Shown: positions 36,597-49,735 of the stretch, in pieces | Layout: every line of letters starts with the position of its first letter | How positions within the stretch are numbered: position 1 is the first letter of the stretch | Origin: Mustelus asterias | Lineage: Eukaryota | Direction: 5' to 3' | Length of the DNA stretch: 64,000 nucleotides | NCBI RefSeq assembly: GCF_964213995.1 | Contig: NC_135804.1 | Location: 112,468,001-112,532,000 of the forward strand | The notes under the pieces: generated by a model | What the model saw: the letters and a program-made list of their open reading frames with translations, nothing else | Database searches by the model: none | Told to the model about the DNA's origin: nothing | Program-made: the position numbers and the translations under genes

Positions 36597-38828
36597 GCTG
36601 AGATTTTCCACTCCCATTCGTGTCGGGCAGGTTTGGGGATGGGCGCGGAAAATATTGCCAAAAGTCCAAAGTTGCATTTTATGTCAGTGTGAAAGCTTTC
36701 CGCGATCCTCCCCAGCCCCTATCAGTGGCGGGCCACATTTCCTGATGTTTAATGTCAGAAAACCTATAGTAATATATTAGCATATTATTATCGGCTCGAT
36801 ATGCTGGAATCATCCCCGCACCAACCTTCCCATCAAAACATCCATCCACAGGGGCACAATATCGGAACAGCACGGAGAGCAACTGGCTATAAAAGGCATA
36901 CACCTGGCAAGACCCCCTCTGAGGAGAGGTCAGAGATGAGTGTAACACTCAGGGAGCGGTTCCGTGTAATCAGAGGGTTAACTTGGTGGGGAGGGGGGGT
37001 AACCACGGTCTGATTTGGGGGTACTGGGGTTTGACTCGGGGGTACCAGGGTCTGACTTGGGCATACCAGTGTTTGACTTGGTGGGGCGGGGGGTCATAGA
37101 AAGAAAGTATCATAGAAACCCTACAGTACAGAAAGAGACCATTCGGCCCATCGAGTCTGCACCGACCACAATCCCACCCAGACCCTACCCCCATATCCCT
37201 ACATATTTTACCCACTAATCCCTCTAATCTACACATCCCAGGACACTAAGGGCAATGGGGGCTTAGTTGGGTCAGACCAAGGGTTTGAGTCCAGAGTACT
37301 AGGAGTTTGACTCCAGCTTACCAGGGTGTGACTGCAATGATTTCAGCGCTGAAGCGATGGCGGGGCGGGCGAATCAGAGGCTGCCCCAGGAGCGATATGA
37401 TATGGAACCCGTGCATGAGCATTTTGTTTGACTAAGTGCCACATTATATGGTGGGAAAAGCCGCCACTGCCATCAGTGATCTCAAAAGAACAACAAAGAA
37501 CAAAGAACAATACAGCACAGGAACAGGCCCTTCGGCCCTCCAAGCCCGCGCCGCTCCCCGGTCCAGGATTGAATCCTGAATCCAGGATCCCCGCCCAATT
37601 TTCCAGCCTATCTACATCCTAATATCCTATCCACCGAGCTGTCCCTCACAGCTACGATGCTTTGTTCATCACAACCTATTAACTCACCCCCACCCCCCCA
37701 TTCCAGACCATGTGATCTCCAGGGAGAGGCGAAAACCCAGAGTGAAAACCCCAGGGCCAATATGGGGAGAAAAAAAAATCTGGGAAATTCCTCTCCGACC
37801 CCCTGTGGCGATCGAAACGAGTCCAGGAGATCACACTGGCCCTGATCAGAAAATGCTTCCCAACCCTATTCATTTCCACTTCTGCTTTACGAACACCATC
37901 TGAATTCCCTGCCCCCGAGACAGGTTCCCAACTATCCGCAGTCTCGCTCTGTACTGGCACCAGCAAGATGATCATAGAATGAAGCCTTGAAACGAGAAAC
38001 AAAGAACAATTAGCCCGCGCCGCTCCCTGGTCCAAACTAGACCACTCTTTTGTATCCCTCCATTCCCACTCCGTTCATATAGCTGTCTAGATAAGTCTTA
38101 AACGTTCCCAGTGTGTCCGCCTCCACCACCTTGCCCGGCAACACATTCCAGGCCCCCACGACCCTCTGTGTAAAATATGTCCTTCTGATATCTGTGTTAA
38201 ACCTCCCCCCCTTCACCTTGAACCTATGACCCCTCGTGAACGTCACCACCGACCCGGGGAAAAGCTTCCCACCGTTCACCCTATCTATGCCTTTCATAAT
38301 TTTATACACCTCTATTAAGTCTCCCCTCATCCTCCGTCTTTCCAAGGAGAACAACCCCAGTTTCCTCAATCTCTCCTCATAACCAAGCCCCTCCATACCA
38401 GGCAACATCCTGGTAAACCTCCTCTGTACTCTCTCCAAAGCCTCCACGTCCTTCTGGTAGTGTGGCGACCAGAACTGGACGCAGTATTCCAAATGCGGCC
38501 GAACCAACGTTCTATACATCTGCAACATCAGACCCCAACTTTTATACTCTATGCCCCGTCCTATAAAGGCAAGCATGCCATATGCCTTCTTCACCACCTT
38601 CTCCACCTGTGACGTCACCTTCAAAGATCTGTGGACTTGCACACCCAGGTCCCTCTGCGTCTCTACACCCTTTATGGTTCTTCCATTTATCGTGTAGCTC
38701 CTCCCTACATTATTCCCACCAAAATGCATCACTTCGCATTCATCAGGATTGAACTCCATCTGCCATTTCTTTGCCCAAATTTCCAGCCTATCTCAACGCC
38801 ATTGCTGATCTCCGAGAAATTCCCACCC
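36597..38828. mobile_element. Harbinger-like element with internal ~21-bp repeats, interrupted by an HE1 tail and a CR1
   Basis: Ends GCTGAGATTTTCC / GAGAAATTCCCACCC; repeats GGGGGTACCAGGGTCTGACTT at ~36995-37080 and 37270-37333; HE1 tail at 37095-37256. Confidence 0.5.
37486..38793 (-). mobile_element. Young 5'-truncated CR1 with intact ORF2 C-terminus and extended 3' UTR
   Basis: Uninterrupted ORF 38037..38759, near-identical to 15..695; ATCTCAA on both flanks; extra ~470 bp in the 3' UTR. Confidence 0.95.
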
Positions 38829-41055
38829 AGTAACTTCAGTCTTTGTTGCCAAGGTGGATGGCTTCAGAATTGCACTTTCCTCAGAGGCAACAGAATTATC
38901 TGCCAGAAAACTCTCTATGGGAACCCATGAACTAATTAAAATCCAAGCTCAATGTCAGCTAAGGCTTGTCATAAGAGTTATCTCCCAGCAACAAACTCAA
39001 TACACTTTCATGTAAATATTGAAGAACTACCATGGTTTTCTGTTGACCATCATTTTGCTACTCCTCCATGTCCCGTTATCTAGCCTCAAAGTATTCTCTA
39101 TATATCCCATCAGTGACAAGGCCTTGCTACATTTAAAGGTCATCATGTCCCCTATTGTTGCACACTCTTTTTATTCACATTCAATTTTAACCTTCCAATT
39201 TACCCTCAGAGCAGGAGGTTCTGATGTGGCTGACTGATGGTTTCCAACAGGAGCCTGGAAGGAGTAAGGTGGTTGTGAGCTGTTTACCCCTTTCAAGAAG
39301 GAAGCAGAGAGTCAAGGCGGTGCCATTATCTGGTAAATGAGGTGAGATGACATTTAATGCCAAGGCTGTTTCCTTCCGAAGACCAAAAGACTGGTTCCAC
39401 TTCTGTTCGATTACAAACAGGTTAACTGGAATCTTTAAATTGAAAGGCTCGGTGGGCCTTGTAGAAACATTAGCCTTGGACATTGCAGTGAGCCACAAAA
39501 TGGCTGTTCATTGGCACTTTCAGCTATTGCACTAAAACTGGATTTTCTTCTTCCTTCTTATCCTGCGCAAAGGCAGAGTTCCCACGAAGAGTTTGAATAG
39601 CAAAATAAATCCACCATGTATTAAGTTCACCATGCAATGAAGAAAATTGGGATTGTTCTGAGAGGGGTCAACTCAATGGCACAAGCATAGTTCTGGTGTT
39701 ACTTTGCAGAAAACTGATAGCTAGACTGATGGAACAGAATGTCTGTCGGTGACATTGGCTGGAATGGGTTGTGTATGTTGGTGTGGATGATAGGGAGGAG
39801 CTTTAGTCCAGCTGTAGAATTTTAACCCATTGTGGTAGGGGTGTGAGTTGGATTCTGTGGTGGGACACCTGATTCCATGGGGATAGTGGATGGAGGGTTG
39901 GGGGGCACAGGAGTGCAGAGGGGGAGTGTTATAGAGGATGCTGATCATAAAGAAGAAGGTAAATTCGGGGGTGTTGGGAGGGGGACTACTCTGGCTCCTC
40001 TTAGTCCACAAGCAGTTCTTTAAACACAGTTACCTTTTCCATGATACAATCTTTGCTTCCCAAGGCCCACAAGACCCAGCTGGCTGAGATTAAACATTGG
40101 GTCATGTAGCTTCATTATCATTTTTAAATGCACAATACAGCCCCTGAAGCAGGTTGGTTACCCATCCCCATTCCCCCTCCAATAAACCTGGAAGTGGTCA
40201 AGTGGGAGGTAGGCTGAGGTCAGGTGAAAGGTTTGTAAAACTTTTACTTCACGCAACCTTAGCCCATCCATTCTCGGAGATTAAAATTCCTCCTTCTGTT
40301 TCTCCTTTCCATATGGATTATACTTAGGAATTATTTTTGTTTAATCTCAATCCAGTTCCTGGATCACTTATGTGTTCAGTGCACAATTATATACAGTTCA
40401 GTGCACATTTACAGTCTTAAGAGAGGATGGATGGCCTTTGAAATGGAGATGCCATTCTACTGTATTAAAGTATACCCTTCTGAGGTTAAGATAAAATACA
40501 TTAGTGGGACACAGTATGGATAAGCCATTTCCTGGCATCTAATGAATGGTATAACTTATCTGGGAGCGCTTGATTGAATGATACAGAAGCAGATTTCTCC
40601 TTTGTAATCTATGTTATAATGATTCTGGCAATGCTTCATCATGACATTAATTGCCAAAAAAGAGAGAAAAAAATCCATTTGCAGTATTAATATTGATTAT
40701 TGAATGCAAGCTTCACTAAAAACCTATAGTTCACCATAATAAAAAAAAACGGATGACATTTTCAGGGAAATCCTCTCAATACGATAGGCAGCAAACCCTG
40801 TGACCTTCAGGCTGTAAACACACACACAGACCTCATCTTCATCACGGCACAGACCAAGCTGTGTGAGAGAGATAGAGACCCTCCTGGAAATTAGAATCCA
40901 AAGTGACCAACATCCAAGCAGAGAAACCAAACACAGATTTAAAATTAGCTGATCTCAACAGCAAGGTTGGAGAAGCAGAGAAAAATAATCTATGCTCATC
41001 GTTTAGGGCACATTCTGATCCCCATTAGATTTCCAAAACTGACCTGAGTCCTTGA

Positions 41056-41313
41056 AGTTTATTTATTAGTCACAAGTAAGGCTTACATTAACACTGCAAT
41101 GACGTTACTGTGAAATTCCCCGTCGCCACACTCCATCGCCTGTTTGGATCAATGCACCTAACCAGGACGTCTTTCAGACTGTGGGAGAAAACCCACGCAG
41201 ACACGGGGAGAACATGCAAACTCCGCACAGACAGTGATCCAAGCACAGGAATGGAACCTGGGTCCCTGGCGCTGTGAAGTAGCAGTGCTAACCACTGTGC
41301 TACCATGCTGCCC
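41056..41313 (-). mobile_element. HE1-head SINE, Rex1-like tail
   Basis: Family match. Confidence 0.9.
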
Positions 41314-42037
41314 ATATTGCTCAGCCCATATTATTAAATCCAAAATATCCCTGTGGCATTTGTGATACAAGCTCACAACTTCCAGAGTAAATAGAAAACT
41401 TTGACATGAGAAAGAGCCAAAAGGCAGCTGTGAGTTTATGGTTCCTAGATTACATATTTTTGTTGATCCCTTCCCTGAATTTGAGGCAATAGACATTTGA
41501 AGGCATCAAACCAAACACCGAATGCTATTGGCCTGGCACTTGGGTAAGTTTGGTGACGTGAAATGAAGAAGAGGCCTGGCTCCGTGAGCAGAGAACAGGG
41601 GTTATGAATAAAGTCAACATTTGAATGGTGTGCCGTGATTCGCCCTTCGGGAGGATGCCATTCAGGTTGGGTGGGACCCTTCTGCTGATTGAAGGAGATC
41701 AAGAGCTATTCAGACATCTCTGCCGAGGAATGAGAATGGCTGATTCTGCACAACACGCATCAGCTCCATAATCTGTTTGCCGCTGCACTTCAGTGGCTCC
41801 TGAATCATAGAGGGGGGCGTCTGTTAATCACCACCCAGCGCCTTGGAGCCACGGTTCCTCGTCCAATAGGACTGTCACTTCAGCTTCAGGATTTGACTTA
41901 CATTTGGTGAGATGGCCATGGAGTGAGACATCTGTATTCCAGGATGAACCGTATAGTCTGATGTTGCCCAAGAAGAAAGGCTGTTTTTAAGTTTGTTTAT
42001 TTATTGTCACAAGTAGGTTTACATTAACATTGTAAAA

Positions 42038-42344
42038 AGTTAAAGTTTATTTATTAGTCACAAGTAGGCTTACATTAACACTGCAATGAAGTTACTGTGA
42101 AAATCCCCTTGTCGCCACACTCTGGCACCTGTTCTGGTACACTGAGGGAGAATTTAGCATGGCCAATACATCTAACAAGCACGTCTTTTGGACTGTGAGA
42201 GGAAACCGGATCACCCAGAGGAAAACCACACAGACACGGGAGAACGTGCAGATTCCGCACAGTCAGTGACCCAAGCTGGTAATCGAACTAGGGTCTCCGA
42301 CGCTGTGTGATGTTGGTGCTATCCACTGTGTCACCGTGTCACCC
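42038..42344 (-). mobile_element. HE1-head SINE, Rex1-like tail (extra tail fragment at 41985-42032)
   Basis: Family match. Confidence 0.9.
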
Positions 42345-43539
42345 TTGGTTTCTGTGTGTCATCTGGGTCGGTGGCATTACTTTGTGGATGGTTCTCGGAT
42401 TGTCTGCAGTGCTGAGGTTCTGACTGGTACAGTCCCCCTCTGTGGCAGTGGAAGCATTTGTTAGCACTCACCTGACATCAGTCCTTCCAGTGTGTGTGAC
42501 TCACACTGCGGCGCCAGCAAAGTCATTCAGGCAGGTGCTTTACGCATGGCTTACCCTGGCTTACCCAGTGCTTGTGTGACTTGATGCGGTGGACCAAGGT
42601 GTGGCTTCTTCCCCATGAAGTGCCTTCTCCTCTAGAATGGTTCTATGGTCTGACAGCTCGGACAGCCTAACCAGCTGGTTGGCTTTGTTGAGAGTAAGGC
42701 CATCTTTGGCTTGCAGAAGATCAGAGAGCAAATTGTTTGCAACACCTAAAATTCAGATGAGTTTGGATTTCAGATCACTGTATTTGCATCCTCTTGCCAC
42801 ACAGAAAAGATGATTGATAAATAATCGACAGACCCCCAGGCTGCTGGGCTCTCCTGTTAAATTTGGTGCATTCCAAAATCTTGTTAGATCTCAGATTGAA
42901 GAAAAAGTCTAAAGCTTTAAAATATCATCAAATTTTACAGATGATTCATTTATGGATTGCCTGGCAATGATATCATCCTCAATTGGCCCAATGGAGTAAA
43001 GTAACATACTGACTTATTCTGCCTCTGACTTTTTATTTAATTCAGCAGAAACTTTTTCCTCCATTAACACCAATTATGAGATTAGTCAGCGCCCGAGGTG
43101 AGGCCCATCAGTGGTAGTAGGGAAGAATCGTGCCCCATTTTTAACATATTTTAATTGTGGGTGTCCCATTCAGCATGAAGGGGATTTCAAGATTGCATCA
43201 CCAGTATCGATAATGATGAGATTTGCGTATGTGCACTTCACAGTTTCGTAGAGAAATTCAAAATGGCAGCGGTGGTCCCCTGGGGAGGAAGAAGGTTCAA
43301 AGTGGCTGCGGGTTGCATTGCTGCTGAGAGTTGTTTTAGTCACGACAACAGGTTGTGGGTTGGGAATGGGACAGGAGAGCAGAATTCTTGCTGGCTGAAT
43401 GACTGAGGATTTGCAAGGCATCTGACTTTTTAAAAAATTTCCCCATGTTTGATCAGTATTTTTCTTTGATGTTTTATGACATTCTGGAGTCAGGGTGTCA
43501 CATGGGGAGGGTGTCAAATCAGCATTTTAGCTCACGCCA

Positions 43540-43938
43540 AATTTTTTAAAAATTCATTGCTGGGATGGCAGCATTTATTGCCGATTCCTAATTGCCCTTG
43601 AGAAAGTAGTGGTGAGCTCATTGCAGTCATGTGGTGTGGGTACACCCACAGTGCTGTTAGAGAGGGTCCTCCAGGATTTTGAATCAGTGACAGTGAAGGA
43701 ACAGCAATATATTTCCAAGTCAGGGTGCTGTGTGGATTGGAGGGGAACACCCAGGCAGTTGTGTGTCTGCTGCCTTTGTCCTTTTGGATGCTAGTGGCCG
43801 TGGGTTTAAAAGGTGCTGCCTAAGAGGTCTTGGTGAACTCCTGCAGTGCACCTTGTCAATGGTACACACGGCTGCCACTGTCCATTGGTGGTGGTGGGAG
43901 TGAATGTTTGTGGATGGGGTGCCGATCAAGCTGGCTGC
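43540..43938 (-). mobile_element. L2-type LINE 3' fragment
   Basis: Tail GCATTTATTGCC.ATTCCTAATTGCCCTTGAG; homologous to 60526-61258. Confidence 0.75.
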
Positions 43939-44058
43939 ACATCATAGTTTCTGTCTGATTATTTTTTTAAAACTCGTTCGCAGGACTGGCTTGCCTGGAA
44001 TATTAAAAGAATTTTATCTCACCCTGCAGGCTGTTGGCTCTTCTCTTCTTGAAGATAA

Positions 44059-44403
44059 GGGCGGCACGGTAGCACAGTGGTTAGCATTGCTGCTTCACAG
44101 CTCCAGGGTCGCGGGTTCGATGCTCGGGTCACTGTCTGTGTGGAGTTTGCACATTCTCCTCGTGTCTGCGTGGGTTTCCTCCGAGTGCTCTGGTTTCCTC
44201 CCACAGTCCAAAGATGTGCGGGTTAGGTTGATTGGCCAGGTTAAAAAAAAAAATTGCCCCTTAGAGTCCTGGGATGTGTAGGTTAGAGGGATTAGCGGGT
44301 AAAATATGTGGGGGTAGGGCCTGGGTGGGATTGTGGTCGGTGCAGACTCGATGGGCCGAATGGCCTCCTTCTGCACTGTAGGGTTTCTATGATTTCTATG
44401 ATA
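44059..44403 (+). mobile_element. HE1 SINE with CR1-like tail
   Basis: GGGCGGCACGGTAGCACAGTGG head; GGGCCGAATGGCCTCCTTCTGCACTGTAGG and (TTTCTATGA)2 tail. Confidence 0.92.
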
Positions 44404-47164
44404 ATCTTCCAGAGGGATTCAGTGGAGGTTTTTGCTTAAGCTGAAACTATGCCTTTTCCTGCGCCAGGCTCTCAGGCCTTGGTGTTTCTGGGGTGAGTTT
44501 TCTCAGCGTCTTGCTTCTTGAGTGAGTTTGTTTCAGAGCAGAATTGTTGCTGATGTCCATTTCTTGAGTTCTTCTGTCTTTTCGAGAGAATGTGGATTTT
44601 TATACCCTGCTGCCACCATGATCTGTTCTGTTGTTGCTATTTGTGAGGTTTACTGCCTAGACAACCTCGTAACAGTACTGAACTATGTACATATTTATAA
44701 TAGAAGGTAAAGGTATCGAAATTGCCACATACTAATCCTTATACTGCCCTTAGCTCTGGGTCATGTTGCCTTCTAACATCACCATGTGGGCCATACTGTA
44801 CTCAGTCCAAGTGTTTGACTAATGAAGCCTTGTGGCAGATTGTCAGCACCCATATAATAGTTCACAAACTGTGAAAGTCCTGGTTCATAACCAAGGCTGA
44901 TGAAAGGCAGCTTCTTCCACTCCCCCAGCATTAGGTTGAACCTGAGGTTGTCTTGCTTGAGTCTCCACCATCGCCACGTGGAGATCAGCACTTTAGCCAC
45001 TTCGGCGTAGATGGAGCTGTTTCAATCCCACACCACAACTTTTAGGTACCATCTCCTTCTATTACAGTATCCACCATCAATCATCCAGATGCACCGGCAT
45101 GCTCCTGATGTAGCTACTTCAATATTATAGCCCATGACAACTCACTCAGAAAACAGAGATTACATTGATAGAGACAGTTCCCCATCATAGTGTCTCAGGC
45201 CCAGATTATGGGCTAGATTTAATGTTCCCAATGCAGGTTTCACTCACTTGTTTTGGAAATGGCAGGAGACCCACGTTGCTTCAGTGGGGGAATTCTGATT
45301 TTATTAACTGCCTGTCAGGCACAAAAGTGGCCAAGCTTTCCCTTGGATATAGGACCCTGGCAATAGAAATCCCACTCCCTGGGAACTGCCTTTCCTTTCT
45401 CCTTTTCCCTGTAAATTCTCCCTCTTCAGGTGTTTATCCAATTCTTTTGAAAGCCATAATTGAATTTGCCTCCATCACACTCTCAGACAGTGCAGTTAAG
45501 ATCCTAATCACTTACTGCATAAAAACTAAAATCTAAATTTTAAACAATGCCATGAAATCTCCTCTGAAGCTTCTTTTTTCCGAGGAGAGAAATCCCAGCA
45601 ATTTTATGGCGACTTCATAATGCACAGAGTGGCTATATATGGCCTCTGGAAGGTGTACCCCTCCCCGATCACTGGCACTACCTGCCTCACCCAAGCATGG
45701 CTCATAGAAGAAACTTACCTTGTCTTTGAAGGTGCCTCAGCATTGACGTGCCCTCTCCTCCTTCTACAGCCTCAGTAACAACAACATTGGTGGCGCTGCC
45801 AAGGATACCGAGCTGCCAGCCTCTGAAGTGACCATGCAGCTGTGGGAGGTGGGCCACCAGCCTCAATTGGATGGCAATCCCAGCTGAGGTTGCAGGTAGC
45901 TCGCTGCTCAGGGTCCTACTATCTGCCCTGGGGGTGAGGGGTGGGGGTGGGGGGGGGGTGCAAAGTTATGGCAGGCGGTGGGCAAAATCTCTGGCTTGGC
46001 ATGGCAGCAAATGTCTATCTCCGTAACACACCTTACCCTTTACTATCCCAACAGAAAATAAAATAAATGGATTATCGATGAACTAACTAGATGTTTGTAT
46101 CTAGGTGATTCCTGAGCCTTAACCTATTTTGTGGAGAAAGTGAAATTCTGAAATGATGATTATTGCTTTTGTCTAAAATTGCAGATAGAATAAAGAAATA
46201 AATGGCAACGCTGGCTAACAGTCGCTCCGATGAGACTGCAATCGCATGTCTATGGTGTCTCTTAGTATCTTCAGTTGTTTACTGTGAGGGGCAAGAGCCC
46301 AATACCAAAATCTAACACTTTATCAATAAACAAATGATAGTGCATCACAAAATGCATTTTGTTTCATAAATTATTGTGGCGAGAGAGTCCTCCCAAAGTT
46401 TTACGAGCTACCCTGACAAATTACAATGCCTGGGTGTAAATATAGATATTGATTTTGTACACCGGCAGATAATTATGCTTAGAACAGACCAGGGGTCCCA
46501 CTGGCTTTCAAAATGAAAGATGATAAAGCATCCAGTTTGTTCAGAGGTGTATCCTATTAACGGCTTATGGTGTTCTGGGCAAAATCAGTAAATTAATTTA
46601 ACAACTCGCATGTTTTGAAGTGCACTCTATCCTGTCCATTCTACTTCCACTCATTAACTGGGCATTGTGAGGAGAGGCAGGATATTGATCTCACCCAGAT
46701 GCAGGTATCGGTGGAACTTTCAAATGATAATATCTGCCAAAAGTGCATCAGGAAGCTGTTTGTTTTTGTGTCCGATTTTGCCGTGGTTTCTTAACTCAGC
46801 CATGGCATCAGTATCCTGCTTCCAGGTTTCCTGGCTAATCAATGAAGGTGGGATAATCAAGGACTTGTCAATTAAAGTTCTCTATTTAAAGGGACTCCAA
46901 CATGCATCAGAATGACTGTAGAAAATCTTACTGTGGAGCCAATCAAATTCCTGGACAATTGAAGTAGGTCGTGGGAATGTTGCCCTCCACCCCCCCCCCC
47001 CCTCCACCTCCTCCCCCCCCCCCCCCCCCAGTTTGCAAACTCGCCTCGTTTAACTGACAATGCTCACATTCAACCTCATCCTACTGCCCTCAACTTCGAT
47101 GAAGCTAGGGGAGATGAGCAAGAAAAGCCCCATGGAAACTCATTTGCACATCTCTTTAGGTTTT

Positions 47165-47505
47165 TTTAAATTGTTCATGGGGTGTGTGTGTGTCGCTGGC
47201 TGGGCCAGCATTTGTTGCCCATTCCTGAGGGCATTTGAAAGTCAACCACACTGCTGTGGATCTGGTGTCACATGTAGGCCAGACCAGGTAAGGATGGCAG
47301 ATTTCCTTCCTTAAAGGACATTAGTTAACCAGATGGGTTTTATGACAATTGACAATGGTTTCATGGTCATCATTACACATTTTCTTTCAAATTCCAGATT
47401 CCTATTGAATTCAAATTTTTGCCATGGTGGGATTTGAACCCAGTTCTCCAGAGCCCTACCCTGGGTCTCTGAATTACTAATCCAGCAAAAATACCAAAAC
47501 GTTAC
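47165..47505 (-). mobile_element. tRNA-derived SINE with L2-like tail
   Basis: Homologous to 26140-26560. Confidence 0.75.
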
Positions 47506-48139
47506 TCCCATCCTCTTTAGGTATTGAATAAGTTGTTCACTATCATGTAGCATGAACATATGCTGTTGTCTTACGCCCATTGGGAGTTGAGATGAAACAG
47601 TCGCCAAATTTATTTCATTTAGGAATCAGGCAGCTGGCCGGGGAAGGGTTTTAATCCCATTTGCCTGTTTGGTGTTTGAAATTTAATTCCCAGAGGTGAA
47701 ATGTTAATATTGTAATTTGATATTTCAGCTGCACAACTGTAAGTTAAAGCGAAGTGTGAGCAACATTTTAATGAAAAAAGCCTCCATTTTGTGCCTGTAC
47801 AGCCATTGAACATGGGTGAATGTATTTCTAAAGAAACCGATCAGGACATAACCTGGTACAGTGAATTGGAGTACCAATTCAAACAAGCAGAGAGCTATGA
47901 ATCAGGGATTGGCTTTTGTGATCCTTCACACAATGGAGGATGAAACTCAAATTTCACCGGAGAAAATCAGCTATATCGACACACTCCAGTCAATTCTTCT
48001 TTCCAAGTTTTGAAATTGATTTGAGCATGTTCTGTCCTTGGGCTTCGGTGATCTTAATGTGCTGAAAGGGCCTTTTCATTCCGCTTTATGTTGTATGGAA
48101 AGTAAAAATATAGCATACAGGACTAGCTACCAGTACTTA

Positions 48140-48550
48140 CATAGAACAGTGCCAATTATAAGGATAGGTTGAATATACTGGGCTAGTCGTCCCTTTATAG
48201 AAAATAAAGATCTGATCTAATTAAGGTGTTTATCATGATTAGAGGGTTTAATAGGATAAATTGGGAGAAACCCATTGCGCCTATTGGGAAACTCAGAACA
48301 AGGAGTATAACCATATCCCATTCCCACGCGATGCCAGGAAGCACTTCTTCATGCAAACGTTAGTGGATATCTGGAACGCTTACGCCTAAGAGGCTGATGA
48401 GGTCGGGTCAAATGAAGATTTCAAAACTGAGATGGATAGATTTTTGAAAGGCAAGTGAATTAAGGGTTACAGAACCAAAGTGAGTGGATGGAGTTAAAAT
48501 ACAGAGCATCCATGGTCTGATTGAATGGTTGAACAGATTTGGGAGTTTGA
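48140..48550 (+). mobile_element. Old CR1 3' fragment
   Basis: YKDRLNILG..DLIKVF..HFFMQTLVDIWN remnants. Confidence 0.7.
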
Positions 48551-49134
48551 CTCATTCTACCGCGTTTACACTGAGAATGTAATATAATGTGATTTAACCC
48601 TGCTACATAATGCGTCACAAACACCTAACAGGCCCTTGCACACAATTGGATTTGGATGAAGTGCTGGATGTAGTTGAGTAAGATAAAGGCAATTTGAGCT
48701 ATAATGTCTTCAGTTGTTTTTAACCCATTTTGGGTGCGAACATAAAATGGTTCCAGTTTCACACTCAAATCCATTCTTCGTCAATCAGCAGAAAAATATA
48801 GACGTTTGTTAACATAAGAAACATTTAAATAGTTCAAATAGTTTCGTGCAATTTTACAACCATTGCAATTAATTCAAATCAATTTGTGTTACTGTCCATA
48901 TGGGCACTTTGCTTGTTCATTGAAAAATTGTGTATTAATGAATATTAACAATAAAAAGGAAAAAAATCCTATTTCAGAGGTCTAACTTTAGTTAGAATGT
49001 ATTAAAAACTATTTTAATGCAATAAAGGAATGAGTTAGTGAGTCCCAGATATCATGAGTACATATCCTCATCCATTCATCAAACCTCTATCAAAAGTTCT
49101 AAAACTGATGTCAGTTTCAGGTTGAGAGCGCAGT

Positions 49135-49735
49135 TAATAAAACACACTGTATCCTCGGTTTTATTAATAGGGCAAAGACTACAAAAGTAAGGAGGTTACT
49201 TGAACATAAGACACTAGTTCAGCCTCAGCTGGAGTATCGCACCCCATTCTGGGTACTGCACTTCAGGAAGGATGTGAAGGCAGTGGAGAGACCGCAGAAA
49301 AGATTCATGAGAGAAGTCCCTATCCCCTGGAACCATACTTATGAAGATAGATTGGATAAGTTAGGACTGTTTTCCTTGGAGAAAATAATGCTTATAGGAG
49401 ATTTGATAGCTGTTTTCAAAATCATGAGGGGTCTGAGCTGAGTAGATGGGGAGGAACTGTTCCCACTCTTGAAAAGATCAAGAACGAGAGAGCACAGATT
49501 TAAAGTAATTGACAAAGGAATCCAAAGCAAAATTAGAAAACACTTTTTCACACAGCGAGTGGTTAAGGCCTGAAATGAAGAGTGTGAAGGAGGTAGGTTC
49601 AAATGAGGCATCCAAAAGGGAATTAGATTTTTATCTGAAAAGGAAGAATGCCGAGGGTTACAGGGAGAAAGTGGGAGAATGACACAATGGGCCGAATAGC
49701 CTCGTTCTGCACTGTAACAGTTCTGTGATTCTACA
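49135..49735 (+). mobile_element. Old CR1 3' fragment
   Basis: LVQPQLEYRTPFW..YEDRLDKLGLFSLE..HFFTQRVV, and GGGCCGAATAGCCTC tail. Confidence 0.8.

Larger units (their letters stand above)
41600..44674 (-). mobile_element. Decayed Gypsy LTR retrotransposon (short LTR, PBS, gag, protease) with nested insertions
   Basis: TG..CA segment 44674-44619 followed by PBS-like TGGTGGCAGC. Gag remnant VSMLLYSIGP..NKILECTKFNRRAQQPG..LSDLLQAKDGLTLNKA at ~43040-42650. Protease remnant FFLGNI..WNTDVSLHGHLTKCK..EVTVL..QNQPFSFLGRD at ~41975-41700. Confidence 0.75.

Noticed and set aside
38773-38793. CR1 5' truncation coinciding with sequence duplicated in its own 3' UTR module
   Set aside because: Adequately explained by ATCT microhomology with the ATCTCAA target duplication; a single case is insufficient for a mechanism.
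44059-44130. tRNA gene-like A/B boxes
   Set aside because: These are SINE heads continuous with SINE bodies, not standalone tRNA genes.
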